From the NCBI GenBank assembly GCA_031429515.1, contig JANOZT010000013.1:121-64120 (forward strand): a stretch of DNA of 64,000 bases. Direction: 5' to 3'. Made by a program: the position numbers and the translations under genes. Positions 1-10,189 of the stretch are shown in pieces. The stretch's first letter is position 1. Each line of letters starts with the position of its first letter. The DNA is from Sphingobacteriia bacterium (GTDB taxonomy: Bacteria > Bacteroidota > Bacteroidia > Chitinophagales > Chitinophagaceae). Below the pieces are notes generated by a model. The model was not told the DNA's origin and did not search any database. It was given only the letters and a program-made list of their open reading frames with translations.

Positions 1-275
1 GTCCCTATCTGTGGTGGGCGCTAGTAAATTGAGAGGACGTGACCTTAGTACGAGAGGACCGGGTTGCACGTACCGCTGGTGTATCTGTTATGCCGCCAGG
101 TGTAATGCAGAGTAGCTATGTACGGCAAGGATAAACGCTGAAAGCATCTAAGCGTGAAACCTTCCTTAAGATGAGTTTACTTTTAAGGGTCGTCGAAGAC
201 TACGACGTTGATAGGCTATAGGTGTAAAAATGGTAACATTAAAGCCAAGTAGTACTAATTGCCCGTAAGCTTTAT
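1..275 (+). rRNA. rrl: 23S rRNA, 3' end (partial; domains V end-VI incl. sarcin-ricin loop)
   Basis: Contains sarcin-ricin loop AGTACGAGAGGACC (47-60), GCTGAAAGCATCTAAG and GTTGATAGG...GTACTAAT 3'-terminal motifs; end position approximate (+/-5 nt). Confidence 0.97.
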
Positions 276-341
276 TTTTTTATGTTTTGATTTCTTTCCA
301 ATATGTTAACTTATTAAGGTTGAGTAATCAACCAAACTCTT

Positions 342-451
<110 letters not shown>

Positions 452-458
452 TTTATTG

Positions 459-491
459 AACCTCGATCTTTATTGATCGGGGTTTTTTTTT
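459..491 (+). terminator. Intrinsic terminator of rRNA operon
   Basis: AACCTCGATC-N6-GATCGGGGTT hairpin followed by T-tract directly after 5S. Confidence 0.85.
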
Positions 492-526
492 GCCCCTACC
501 TCAAAGTTTTGTAGTTGGTCGATGTT

Positions 527-598
527 GGTCAGACCAAACCGGTCAGACGGGGGGTACACCGTCAGACGGGGTGGGAAATAATCGGGGTGGTCAGACGG
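527..598 (+). repeat. Four same-orientation copies of GTCAGAC in a G-rich patch
   Basis: GTCAGAC at 528, 542, 561, 590; last three followed by GG. Confidence 0.7.
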
Positions 599-644
599 TG
601 TGTGGTGGGAATAAAACTTTTCTTAACTTGAAAAAAAATATTTG

Positions 645-1763
645 ATGAAGCGTTTCCTCTTATTACTCAGTATTACAATCACTTTACAAGTTGTTGCCCA
701 ACAAAAGAATTCCGATGTATACGATGCATTTATTACTGCTAAAATGAAAACAGATAGTTTCCCTGGTGCGGTATTATTGATCACCAAAAATGGCAAGCCT
801 CTTAAGTTTACTAGTTATGGTTTAGCGAATATTGAACAACAAACCAAGGCAAAACCCGAAACTATTTTTGAATTGGCATCCGTTTCAAAACCAATCACAG
901 CAACAGCTATGATGATATTAGTGGAGCAAGGAAAAATTTCCCTAGATTCATCTATATCAAAATATTTATCAGATGTTCCTGCTTCACATAAAGCAATTAC
1001 GATTCGTCAGATCATGACACATACTTCAGGAATTCCTGCAGATCATTTTGCGTATAATAAATTAATGGGCCCTACACCACTTCGTTATTCAATCAATGAC
1101 CAGCTCAGTGATTTGTATAAATTGAAATTGAAATCTGTTCCAGGTACTGCTTACTTGTATAGCAATGCTGCATTTTTTATGCAAGCGGCGATTATTGAAA
1201 AAATTTCCAGAATGCCTTTCTATCAATTTGTACAAAAGAACATTTTTAATCCATTGAGTATGAGTAAAACATCCTACATCAATGGAGACTCCATTATTTT
1301 AAATCGTGCACAAGGATATACAAAACGCAAAGGAATATTGGTACGTTCTAGTTTAGAAGTAATCTTGCAAGCCCTTGATGCCAATGGGTTTGGCGGTGGC
1401 ATGAGTACAGTAACTGATTATGAAAAATTCTTACAAGCAACAGCTCAACATAAACTATTGTCTGAATCTAGTTATACATTAATGACAACGCCCACTATTT
1501 TACCCAACGGAAATCCTGCACAAGCCAATGATGGAGCGACTATGGCACTGGGTTGGTTTGTAAAAGACATCAACGGACATAAAGCATTTTTGCATGGTGG
1601 TTATTCTGGCACTTTTGCTTTGCATTTTATCAAAGAAGATATCAGTGTAATTTTCTTCACCAACTTAAGTAGTGGATATGGAGCCATCACTGGAGATAAA
1701 GGATTTGATTTTATGAAGACTGGATTTGAGATTGCAACAATGGCTGTAGAGCAGTGGAAATAA
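645..1763 (+). CDS. Secreted serine hydrolase, beta-lactamase class C-like family
   Basis: Signal peptide; SxxK (LASVSK), YxN (YLYSN) and HGG motifs; ATG at 645 preferred to TTG 642. Confidence 0.85.
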   Translation: MKRFLLLLSITITLQVVAQQKNSDVYDAFITAKMKTDSFPGAVLLITKNGKPLKFTSYGLANIEQQTKAKPETIFELASVSKPITATAMMILVEQGKISLDSSISKYLSDVPASHKAITIRQIMTHTSGIPADHFAYNKLMGPTPLRYSINDQLSDLYKLKLKSVPGTAYLYSNAAFFMQAAIIEKISRMPFYQFVQKNIFNPLSMSKTSYINGDSIILNRAQGYTKRKGILVRSSLEVILQALDANGFGGGMSTVTDYEKFLQATAQHKLLSESSYTLMTTPTILPNGNPAQANDGATMALGWFVKDINGHKAFLHGGYSGTFALHFIKEDISVIFFTNLSSGYGAITGDKGFDFMKTGFEIATMAVEQWK

Positions 1764-2216
1764 TTATTTCACCATCTCAATATGTTCTATGCCATCTTCT
1801 AAATAAACATTGCCTTCTGTTTTAAATCCGAAAGCAGCATAGAAATTAATAAGGTAGCATTGTGCGCCTATGCGAATAGGGCCTTTGCCAAATAATTGAT
1901 GACAGCAATCAATGGCTTCGGCAATTAATTGTTTGCCAGCACTTATTCCTCTATAACCGGGTGAACTTACTACCCTGCCAATACTCATTTCTTCATACAT
2001 TAAACCAGGATGTAAAAGACGGCAATATGCAATGAGCTCATGGTTTTTCCAATACATTAAATGATGGCTGTCTTGATCTTTATTGTCGGCATCTTGAAAT
2101 ACACAGTTTTGTTCTACTACAAAAACCTCATTTCTTAAACGAAGAATTGAATATAGTTCACCAGGAGTTAATTCGTTGAAGGATTTCAGGGTAAAAAAAG
2201 GAGTTTCAGCGCTCAT
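1764..2216 (-). CDS. elaA: ElaA-family GNAT N-acetyltransferase
   Basis: [43 protein letters not shown] motifs. Confidence 0.85.
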   Translation of the reverse strand: MSAETPFFTLKSFNELTPGELYSILRLRNEVFVVEQNCVFQDADNKDQDSHHLMYWKNHELIAYCRLLHPGLMYEEMSIGRVVSSPGYRGISAGKQLIAEAIDCCHQLFGKGPIRIGAQCYLINFYAAFGFKTEGNVYLEDGIEHIEMVK

Positions 2217-2294
2217 TCAAGGGTTTTTAATCGATTTACCACAATATTTCTGCACCTTTGCGTCTTTACAAAATTACGAATACGTTTACCAATA

Positions 2295-3785
2295 ATGGCT
2301 AAAAATATTGCAATCATAGGAGCAGGGCCGGCAGGATTAACGGCTGCTTATTTACTCGGTAAAGCAAATCAACAAGTAACTGTTTTTGAAAAAGATCCTA
2401 CCTATGTGGGCGGAATTTCCAGAACTGAATCATACAAAGGGTATCATTTTGATATTGGAGGACATCGTTTCTTTTCTAAATCGAAAGAAGTAGAAGATTT
2501 TTGGACAGAAATTTTAGGCGATGAAATGTTGGAACGTCCTAGAAGTTCTCGAATCTATTACAATAAAAAATTCTTTTCTTATCCGCTCGTTGCATTTGAA
2601 GCATTGAACAAGCTAGGGATTATCGAAAGTGGTTTATGTGTGTTGAGTTATCTCAAGGCAAAAGCTTTTCCTGTAAAAAATCCCACCAATTTTCAGGATT
2701 GGGTTGTCAATCAATTTGGTCAACGGTTATTCAATATATTTTTCAAAACCTATACAGAGAAAGTATGGGGAATTCCCTGCAATGAAATATCTGCTGATTG
2801 GGCAGCACAAAGAATCAAAGGGCTTTCATTGAGCAGTGCCATTTGGAATGCGCTATTCAAACCAAAACCATCTGCTAATAAAGATCAAGTTATTAAAACT
2901 TTGATCGATTCTTTCCGCTATCCAAAATTAGGCCCAGGCATGATGTGGGAGCGTTGCACCGAAAAGTGCAGAGCAATGGGGGTGGAAGTGTTGATGAATA
3001 CTGGTGTAAAAGATATTGCCATGGCCGATGGAAAATGGACAGTGCATACTTCTGATGGGGTTAATAATTCTGATGGTAAAGCCTATGGCAATTTTGATTA
3101 TGTATTGTCTTCCGCACCTATGCGCGAATTGATTCAAGCAGTGAGTCCGAAATTTCCATCCAATGCATTTTCTTCTGCAGCTAATTTAGGATATCGCGAT
3201 TTTTTAACAGTAGTACTCATCTGTAAAGATGAAGATGCATTCAGTGATAACTGGATTTATATTCACGACCCTAGTGTAAAAGTTGGGCGTATACAAAATT
3301 TTAAATCATGGAGTCCATACATGGTGCCCGATCCGAATATGGCTTGTTATGGGTTAGAATATTTTTGTTTTGAAGGTGATGGTTTATGGATCAGTTCCGA
3401 TGAAACACTCATCAATCTGGCAAAAAAAGAAATTGAACAAATTGGTTTAACCAAGGACAACGCAGTGGTAGATGGATATGTTGTACGTCAACCAAAAGCT
3501 TATCCAGTGTATGATCATTCATATAAAGAGAATGTAGAAAATGTACGTGAAGCGTTGAAAGCCTATCCAGGCCTATATTTGGTAGGACGCAATGGAATGC
3601 ATAAATACAATAACCAAGATCATAGCATGATGACTGCAATACTCGCTGCAAAAAATATTATTGCAGGTAATGAATTGTACGATCTATGGGATGTGAATGA
3701 AGATGCAGAATACCATGAAGGTGGAGATCGAGGTGCTGATGTGGAAAAAGTTGCGGAGAGATTAATACCTCAGCGGACGAATTAA
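2295..3785 (+). CDS. FAD-dependent oxidoreductase (protoporphyrinogen oxidase/UDP-galactopyranose mutase-like family)
   Basis: GAGPAG Rossmann motif, [26 protein letters not shown]. Confidence 0.8.
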   Translation: MAKNIAIIGAGPAGLTAAYLLGKANQQVTVFEKDPTYVGGISRTESYKGYHFDIGGHRFFSKSKEVEDFWTEILGDEMLERPRSSRIYYNKKFFSYPLVAFEALNKLGIIESGLCVLSYLKAKAFPVKNPTNFQDWVVNQFGQRLFNIFFKTYTEKVWGIPCNEISADWAAQRIKGLSLSSAIWNALFKPKPSANKDQVIKTLIDSFRYPKLGPGMMWERCTEKCRAMGVEVLMNTGVKDIAMADGKWTVHTSDGVNNSDGKAYGNFDYVLSSAPMRELIQAVSPKFPSNAFSSAANLGYRDFLTVVLICKDEDAFSDNWIYIHDPSVKVGRIQNFKSWSPYMVPDPNMACYGLEYFCFEGDGLWISSDETLINLAKKEIEQIGLTKDNAVVDGYVVRQPKAYPVYDHSYKENVENVREALKAYPGLYLVGRNGMHKYNNQDHSMMTAILAAKNIIAGNELYDLWDVNEDAEYHEGGDRGADVEKVAERLIPQRTN

Positions 3786-3792
3786 GAAAGAT

Positions 3793-3844
3793 GAAATATG
3801 AAAGCAGGAAGTAAAAATTTCTTCTTTCATATTTCTGCTTTCAT
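3793..3844. terminator. Probable bidirectional terminator between convergent genes
   Basis: 12-bp inverted repeat GAAATATGAAAG (3793-3804)/CTTTCATATTTC (3824-3835). Confidence 0.55.
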
Positions 3845-3846
3845 AA

Positions 3847-5100
3847 TTAATAATTGTATTTCCCTTTCCACCGCTCTCTCAAAAATTTCTTGAATTCATT
3901 TTCACGAGCATTGTTGCCTGGCACATAGAAAGCTGTATTTTTTATTGCATCGGGTAAATATTCCTGTTCAATAAAATTACCTTCCCCTAAATGTGAGTAT
4001 TGATAGTCTTTACCATAATCCATCTGCTTCATCATTTTAGTGGGTGCATTGCGCAAATGCAAGGGCACTGATAAATCTCCATGTTGACTAACTGCTTTTT
4101 GTGCTTTTGCAATGGCTTCATAAGCAGCATTGCTTTTAGAGGATGATGCTAAATAAGTAGCACATTGAGATAAAATAATTCTGCTCTCTGGATAGCCGAT
4201 TTTACTTACTGCATCAAAAGTAGCGTTCGCTAGCAAAAGCGCATTGGGATTGGCATTGCCGATATCTTCACTGGCAAAAATGAGCATTCTTCTGGCAATG
4301 AATTTTACATCTTCACCACCTTCAATCATTCTTGCCAACCAATATACTGCACCATTCGGATCGCTTCCCCGCATACTTTTGATGAATGCAGAAATGATAT
4401 CATAATGTTGTTCGCCGCTTTTGTCGTACAAAGCAATTTTTTGTTGAGCCACTTGCATAACTAGTGCATCAGTAATTTCTTGTTTGCCAGATTGAACCAC
4501 CAAATCCAATAAGTTTAATAATTTTCTGCCATCTCCACCACTGATATTAATGAGAGCTTCTGTTTCTTTGAGCTGAATATTTTTCTCTTTTAGTACAAGA
4601 TCTTTTGATAATGCATCTTGCAGCATTTGTACCAACTGCTCTTTTTCCAATGATTTCAACACATAGACTTGACACCTACTGAGCAAGGCACTGTTCACTT
4701 CAAATGAAGGATTCTCTGTAGTTGCTCCAATCAATCGAATGATTCCTTTTTCTACTGCACCCAATAATGCATCTTGTTGCGATTTATTAAAACGATGTAT
4801 CTCATCAATAAATAAAACCGCCCCTTTTAGTGAAGTAGATTGCTCTATAACATCTCTCAATTCCTTTACACCACTGCTTATGGCGCTTAATTGAAAATAA
4901 GGCACTTGCAGTGTTTGCGTAATTATATTGGCCAAAGTGGTTTTACCAACTCCAGGAGGCCCCCACAAAATCATGGAAGGAATGGTTTTGTTTTCGATGC
5001 TTTTCCTAAGTATACTACCCACACCTGTAATATGTTCTTGCCCAACAATTTCATCCAATGTATTGGGGCGCATTCTTTCGGCTAAGGGAATTGAACTCAT
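3847..5100 (-). CDS. rarA: Replication-associated recombination protein A (AAA+ ATPase)
   Basis: PLAERMRP, Walker A GPPGVGKT, Walker B FIDEIHRF, ATTENPSF, SAFIKSMRGSDP. Confidence 0.95.
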   Translation of the reverse strand: MSSIPLAERMRPNTLDEIVGQEHITGVGSILRKSIENKTIPSMILWGPPGVGKTTLANIITQTLQVPYFQLSAISSGVKELRDVIEQSTSLKGAVLFIDEIHRFNKSQQDALLGAVEKGIIRLIGATTENPSFEVNSALLSRCQVYVLKSLEKEQLVQMLQDALSKDLVLKEKNIQLKETEALINISGGDGRKLLNLLDLVVQSGKQEITDALVMQVAQQKIALYDKSGEQHYDIISAFIKSMRGSDPNGAVYWLARMIEGGEDVKFIARRMLIFASEDIGNANPNALLLANATFDAVSKIGYPESRIILSQCATYLASSSKSNAAYEAIAKAQKAVSQHGDLSVPLHLRNAPTKMMKQMDYGKDYQYSHLGEGNFIEQEYLPDAIKNTAFYVPGNNARENEFKKFLRERWKGKYNY

Positions 5101-5154
5101 TTAGGAAATTATTTGTTCTGACAATCTCTGAAAAATTTTAAATCAGTATAATTA

Positions 5155-5266
5155 TGTCGATTGATTTATTAAGAAAACAACTCCATCCAATTTGCTGAAT
5201 TTTCTATCGAAAATTCAAAGCGCACAAATTGTCTTAAGGTTTTATTTCTTAACAAATCAATCGACA
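5155..5266. repeat. 112-bp element with 22-bp terminal inverted repeats and an internal hairpin (MITE-like or structured RNA)
   Basis: TGTCGATTGATTTATTAAGAAA (5155-5176) vs TTTCTTAACAAATCAATCGACA (5245-5266), 1 mismatch; inner 9-bp stem 5196-5217. Confidence 0.7.
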
Positions 5267-5270
5267 ATAT

Positions 5271-6416
5271 TTAGTCTATAAATTTAGTGAATCTCGCTAA
5301 CAAAGTAGTTCCTAATCCTAAGAAGGCAATTAGTGTAAAAGACCATTGCAATCCGAAAGCTTCAGCTATGAATCCGATAATGGGTGGCCCAACTAAAAAC
5401 CCAAGGAATCCAATACTCGATACAGCTGCTAAAGCCATACCAGGCGATAGTTTGGTGGATCTCCCTGCTTGGCTATATACCAATGGCACAACCGATGAAA
5501 CACCAAAACCAACCAATAAAAATCCAATCGTAGCAAAAATCAAACTAGGAAATACAACTGCAATAAGTAGACCAATAGCAATTACTATACCACTGGCTTG
5601 AAGCATTCTTTTCTTACCAAAAGAAGCAACCAATCCATCTCCTACAAATCTTCCGGTTGCCATCGAACACATAAATGCAGCATAGCCAATCGTAATCAAT
5701 GATGTTGGCGCATGTACTATTTTTTGAAAATAAACACCACTCCAATCAAACATAGTTCCTTCTGCAGCCATACAACAAAATGCAATCAACCCTAATTTGA
5801 ATAGAATCATATCTGGTTTAGCAAAAAAAGTACTGCTTGCTTTGTTATCATCTTTTTCAATTGCTTTGCTTTGTGCAATCAATGAAATGGAAATGGTTAA
5901 AAATGCTATAATCATAAAATGAATCAAAGGGCTAATGTCTAAAGCAATCATCAATGTTCCGATAGCTGCTCCAGTAAATCCTGCTAAACTCCAAACACCA
6001 TGGAAAGATGCCATAATGGTTCTTTTGTACAAATGTTCTACCCCAACAGCTTGGGTATTAACGGAGATATTCATCATATTCCCAAAATGGCCGAACAAAA
6101 AGAGTAAACTGGCCAATTGAAGAACGCTATTACTATATCCAATTCCAATCAATAATAGCGGATAAACCAAGGAGCTTATTTGCATGATTCTTTTGCTTCC
6201 AAATCGGGAAACCAACCATCCAGAGATCGGTAAACTAGTCATTGAACCAACGGGCAAGGCAAATAATAATCCGCCTAGTGCTGCTTCGCTCAAACCCAAT
6301 TGCAGTTTGATATTGGGTATTCTACTTGCCCAACTTGCAAAACAGATCCCTGCTATAAAAAAGAAGCTGGCAATAGCTATCCGATGGGTTCTGGGGCTAA
6401 TTGATGCATCATTCAT
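5271..6416 (-). CDS. MFS transporter
   Basis: ~12 hydrophobic segments, G..VSRFGSK loop motif, typical 381-aa MFS length. Confidence 0.9.
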   Translation of the reverse strand: MNDASISPRTHRIAIASFFFIAGICFASWASRIPNIKLQLGLSEAALGGLLFALPVGSMTSLPISGWLVSRFGSKRIMQISSLVYPLLLIGIGYSNSVLQLASLLFLFGHFGNMMNISVNTQAVGVEHLYKRTIMASFHGVWSLAGFTGAAIGTLMIALDISPLIHFMIIAFLTISISLIAQSKAIEKDDNKASSTFFAKPDMILFKLGLIAFCCMAAEGTMFDWSGVYFQKIVHAPTSLITIGYAAFMCSMATGRFVGDGLVASFGKKRMLQASGIVIAIGLLIAVVFPSLIFATIGFLLVGFGVSSVVPLVYSQAGRSTKLSPGMALAAVSSIGFLGFLVGPPIIGFIAEAFGLQWSFTLIAFLGLGTTLLARFTKFID

Positions 6417-6421
6417 TGGCG

Positions 6422-6429
6422 CAAAAATA
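6422..6429 (-). promoter_or_regulatory. Bacteroidota -7 promoter element (TATTTTTG) for the MFS gene
   Basis: Matches TAnnTTTG, 5 nt upstream of ATG 6416. Confidence 0.55.
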
Positions 6430-6459
6430 CCTCAATTCTATAACTTTCCTGATTTAGGG

Positions 6460-6467
6460 TATATTTG
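6460..6467 (+). promoter_or_regulatory. Bacteroidota -7 promoter element (TATATTTG) for aspS
   Basis: Matches TAnnTTTG, 60 nt upstream of aspS. Confidence 0.65.
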
Positions 6468-6527
6468 CAGCCCGATTGGGTAGGTGAACTTATCTATTCA
6501 TAATAAATAAAAAATTAAGCTTTATAT

Positions 6528-8354
6528 ATGTATCGTACACATACTTGTGGAGAGTTGAGAATTGGTCAGGTAAATGAATTAATCAGTTTGGCTGGCTGGG
6601 TGCAAACAGTTCGAAAATTTGGTGCAATTACTTTTGTGGATTTAAGAGATCGTTATGGCATTACACAATTGTTATTTGGAGAAGATTTGAATGGAGCTTT
6701 AGATGCCAATCCGTTAGGCAGAGAATTTGTATTACAAGTAAAAGGGAAAGTGCAAGAACGCAGTAGCAAGAATGCCAATATTCCAACTGGAGAAATTGAA
6801 ATCAATGTGACTGATTTTGTTATTCTCAATAAATCTGCTGTTCCCCCATTCACCATTCAAGATGATACAGATGGCGGAGATGATCTGCGAATGAAATATC
6901 GATTCTTGGATTTGCGTAGAAATGCAGTCAAGAAAAATTTAGAATTGCGCTATGCAGTGAATCGCTCTGCTAGAAATTATTTGCATGAAAATAATTTCAT
7001 GGATATTGAAACGCCTTTCTTAATTAAGTCTACACCAGAAGGAGCAAGGGATTTTGTAGTTCCTTCTAGAATGAATCCAGGACAATTTTATGCTTTACCT
7101 CAATCACCTCAAACATTCAAGCAATTGTTGATGGTCAGTGGATACGATAGATACTATCAAATCGTAAAATGTTTTAGAGATGAAGATTTAAGAGCCGATC
7201 GTCAACCTGAATTTACACAGATCGATTGTGAGATGGCATTTGTTGAGCAGGAAGATATTTTGAATATGTTTGAAGGTTTGGTGAAGCGTGTTTTTAAAGA
7301 TGTAAAAAATATCGATTATACTGAACAAGTAGAACGAATGACTTGGGAAGATGCTATGTGGCAGTTTGGAAATGATAAGCCCGATATTCGTTTTGGCATG
7401 AAACTGGCCAATTTAAAATCGGCTTTTTTGAAAGGAGGAACTATTCAAGCAACTGGCGATCTCATTAATGGTGCTGGTTTCGGCGTTTTCGATAATGCTG
7501 AAACCGTGTTGGCAATAGCAGCTCCAGGATGTTCAGAATATACCCGTAAACAAACCGATGAATTAATCGAATGGGTGAAGCGTCCTCAAATTGGCATGCA
7601 AGGTTTGGTTTACATTAAGTGCAATGCAGATGGTACATATAAGAGTAGCGTAGATAAATTTTATACGGAAGAAAAATTAAAAGCGATTGCTGATTCAGCT
7701 GGTGCTCAAGCAGGAGATTTGGTATTGATTCTTGCAGGTAGAGAAGAGCGTACTCGTAAGGCAATATCCGATTTGCGTTTAGAAATGGGAAAGCGCTTAG
7801 GCTTACGTAATGCAGACGAGTATAAATTATTATGGGTGATGGATTTTCCACTCTTTGAATATGCGGAAGAAGACAATCGTTGGGTAGCCCGACATCATCC
7901 ATTTACTTCTCCAAAGCCCGATCATATTGAAGTGATGATCAATAACAATCCATTGATTGAAAATGCAGATAAATATTTAGAACATCCTTATTCCAATATC
8001 AAAGCAAATGCCTATGATATGGTATTGAACGGTAACGAAATAGGAGGTGGCTCCATTAGAATTTACCAACGTCCGTTACAGGAAAAAATGTTTGCAGCAT
8101 TAGGAATGACTGAAGAAGAAGCATTGCATAAATTTGGATTTTTATTAGGTGCTTTTGAGTATGGAGCTCCACCACATGGTGGCATTGCATTTGGCTTCGA
8201 CAGACTTTGTTCTATTTTAGGTGGAAGTGAAAGTATCAGAGACTTTATTGCCTTCCCTAAAAACAATAGTGGCAGAGATGTAATGCTCGATGCACCAAGC
8301 GCTATTGATGATAAACAATTTGATGAATTACAGATCAAATTGAATTTAAAATAA
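6528..8354 (+). CDS. aspS: Aspartate--tRNA ligase
   Basis: [16 protein letters not shown]-like [12 protein letters not shown], motif 2 [14 protein letters not shown], motif 3 [13 protein letters not shown]. Confidence 0.98.
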   Translation: MYRTHTCGELRIGQVNELISLAGWVQTVRKFGAITFVDLRDRYGITQLLFGEDLNGALDANPLGREFVLQVKGKVQERSSKNANIPTGEIEINVTDFVILNKSAVPPFTIQDDTDGGDDLRMKYRFLDLRRNAVKKNLELRYAVNRSARNYLHENNFMDIETPFLIKSTPEGARDFVVPSRMNPGQFYALPQSPQTFKQLLMVSGYDRYYQIVKCFRDEDLRADRQPEFTQIDCEMAFVEQEDILNMFEGLVKRVFKDVKNIDYTEQVERMTWEDAMWQFGNDKPDIRFGMKLANLKSAFLKGGTIQATGDLINGAGFGVFDNAETVLAIAAPGCSEYTRKQTDELIEWVKRPQIGMQGLVYIKCNADGTYKSSVDKFYTEEKLKAIADSAGAQAGDLVLILAGREERTRKAISDLRLEMGKRLGLRNADEYKLLWVMDFPLFEYAEEDNRWVARHHPFTSPKPDHIEVMINNNPLIENADKYLEHPYSNIKANAYDMVLNGNEIGGGSIRIYQRPLQEKMFAALGMTEEEALHKFGFLLGAFEYGAPPHGGIAFGFDRLCSILGGSESIRDFIAFPKNNSGRDVMLDAPSAIDDKQFDELQIKLNLK

Positions 8355-8374
8355 CACAATAAATAGCAGTACAC

Positions 8375-8881
8375 ATGAATCAGCTCACTATTTTTAAGAT
8401 CATTAGTTTTTTATTAATACCAGTAGCTCTTTTATTTGGACTTATGGATATAGCTGTTACCATTATGGCTTTGTCGGGAAATCCAGCATTCTTATTAATG
8501 GCCTTTGCAATGGCTTGTTTTGTGATTTATGTATTTGCATCTTTGTATTTTTTATTGAATGGAATTAACCATGAACGTCAATGTAAACCTTCTCTAAAAG
8601 ATTGGATAAAAGTAAACGCCTATGGGTCTTTGTTTATCAGTGTTTTGTTTTTAATGAATGCCTCCGCAGTTTTTTTCATCAATGATATCAATTTACGCCA
8701 GGTTATTAGTGAAATGATGGAACAACAACCTGAATTATCAGGTAAAATAACATTGGATGTTTTTATCAAAATGTTTAAGGTAGTTGCCGGATTGATGTTC
8801 GTTATAAGTGCACTAACCATTACGCATATCCTCATTCATTTCAAATTATTGAAGCGGTACGATTACTTGTTCAGCAAATAA
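8375..8881 (+). CDS. Hypothetical membrane protein (about 4 TM segments)
   Basis: 168-aa ORF with hydrophobic stretches, 20 nt after aspS. Confidence 0.7.
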   Translation: MNQLTIFKIISFLLIPVALLFGLMDIAVTIMALSGNPAFLLMAFAMACFVIYVFASLYFLLNGINHERQCKPSLKDWIKVNAYGSLFISVLFLMNASAVFFINDINLRQVISEMMEQQPELSGKITLDVFIKMFKVVAGLMFVISALTITHILIHFKLLKRYDYLFSK

Positions 8882-8936
8882 ACGGGGCTCTACATGCTAA
8901 ATTCATACTGTTTTTCTTTATTTGGGCTTCAATCCC

Positions 8937-8944
8937 TACTTTTG
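8937..8944 (+). promoter_or_regulatory. -7 promoter element (TACTTTTG) for efp
   Basis: TAnnTTTG match 38 nt upstream of efp. Confidence 0.65.
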
Positions 8945-8982
8945 CGCAATTCCTTGAATGAGGAGTTTTTAAACAAAATAAT

Positions 8983-9549
8983 ATGGCAACAACATCCGAC
9001 ATCAGCCGTGGTCTGATATTAAAATTAGATGGAAGCTTATACTCAGTAGTAGAGTTTGGCGAAAACAAAACTGCCAGAGCAGCTGCAAAAGTATGGGCAA
9101 AACTAAAAGGGGTAGATAATAAAAGATCTATCGAAAAAACCTGGAATAGTGGAGAAAATATCTATCCTGTCCGTGTTGAGAAAAAAGCATTCCAATATCT
9201 ATATAAAGATGAAAGTGGATACAATTTAATGAACAACGAAAACTTTGAGCAGATTGCATTAGCGGAAGAAATGATTGATGCGCCTCAGTTTTTAATGGAT
9301 GGATCTGAAGTATTTGTTTTCATTAATACAGAGACCGAATTGCCAATAGGGGCTGAACTCCCAGAAAAAATTGTAGTAAAAATTACTTATTGTGAGCCAG
9401 GTTTGAGAGGCGATACTGCAACTAGAGCTTTAAAGGCTGCAACAATTGAAAATGGGGCAACTGTAATGGTGCCATTATTTGTTGATCAAGGAGAAAGTAT
9501 TCGTGTGAATACAAAAACAGGCGAATACTTAGAAAGAGTAAAAGACTAG
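8983..9549 (+). CDS. efp: Elongation factor P
   Basis: EPGLRGDTAT...KAATIENGATVMVPLFV...GE.I.VNT.TGEY. Confidence 0.95.
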   Translation: MATTSDISRGLILKLDGSLYSVVEFGENKTARAAAKVWAKLKGVDNKRSIEKTWNSGENIYPVRVEKKAFQYLYKDESGYNLMNNENFEQIALAEEMIDAPQFLMDGSEVFVFINTETELPIGAELPEKIVVKITYCEPGLRGDTATRALKAATIENGATVMVPLFVDQGESIRVNTKTGEYLERVKD

Positions 9550-9573
9550 GAGAATATAATTTAAGCACTTTTT

Positions 9574-9606
9574 GGCCTGTTGTGTATAACTTCAGGCCTT
9601 TTTTTT
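9574..9606 (+). terminator. Intrinsic terminator after efp
   Basis: GGCCTG-N13-CAGGCC followed by T8. Confidence 0.6.
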
Positions 9607-9702
9607 AAAAAATATAAAAACAGCCCATTTTTAGTAAAAAAAGGCTATTTTGCCCTCCCAATCGACTAAAAATAACCGATTTTACCCCAAAAATTGCCAT
9701 TT

Positions 9703-10173
9703 ATGGACTTAAAACAAATCCACGAATTAATCAAAATCATCAACAAAAGTAATATTGGCGAGATAAGTATCGAAGACAAAGATGGTAAAGTAACCATCAA
9801 ACAAAAAGAGGAAGCCCCTATTACCCTTGCTGCACCAAGTCATCAAGTATTTACTACACAGGCCGCACATGCTCCTGCATTAGCAGCAGCACCTGTAGCC
9901 GCAGCACCTTCAGAAGCGCCAAAAGCAGATAATCTAATTACTGTGAAAAGTCCGATGATTGGTACATTCTATCGAAGGTCTTCTCCAGACAAACCAATAC
10001 TTGCCGAAGTGGGAACTGAAATAACACCCGGAAAAGTAGTTTGTATTATTGAAGCAATGAAGCTCTTTAATGAAATTGAAAGTGAAATAAAAGGAACCAT
10101 TGTTAAGGTATTGGTAGAAGATGCCAGCCCTGTGGAATATGATCAACCTTTATTTTTGGTAGAACCTGCCTAA
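9703..10173 (+). CDS. accB: Acetyl-CoA carboxylase biotin carboxyl carrier protein
   Basis: SPMIGTFYR, biotinylation motif EAMKLFNEIE, Ala/Pro linker; ATG 9703 preferred. Confidence 0.96.
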   Translation: MDLKQIHELIKIINKSNIGEISIEDKDGKVTIKQKEEAPITLAAPSHQVFTTQAAHAPALAAAPVAAAPSEAPKADNLITVKSPMIGTFYRRSSPDKPILAEVGTEITPGKVVCIIEAMKLFNEIESEIKGTIVKVLVEDASPVEYDQPLFLVEPA

Positions 10174-10189
10174 AATCTAAACTAGCTCA

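Noticed and set aside
527-598. GTCAGAC repeats as CRISPR or tRNA
   Set aside because: Units are 7-9 bp with irregular spacing; no cloverleaf, T-loop or CCA
645-1763. Serine hydrolase as an antibiotic-resistance beta-lactamase
   Set aside because: SxxK/YxN/HGG motifs are shared by many esterases and peptidases of this family; nothing specific for AmpC activity and no mobile context
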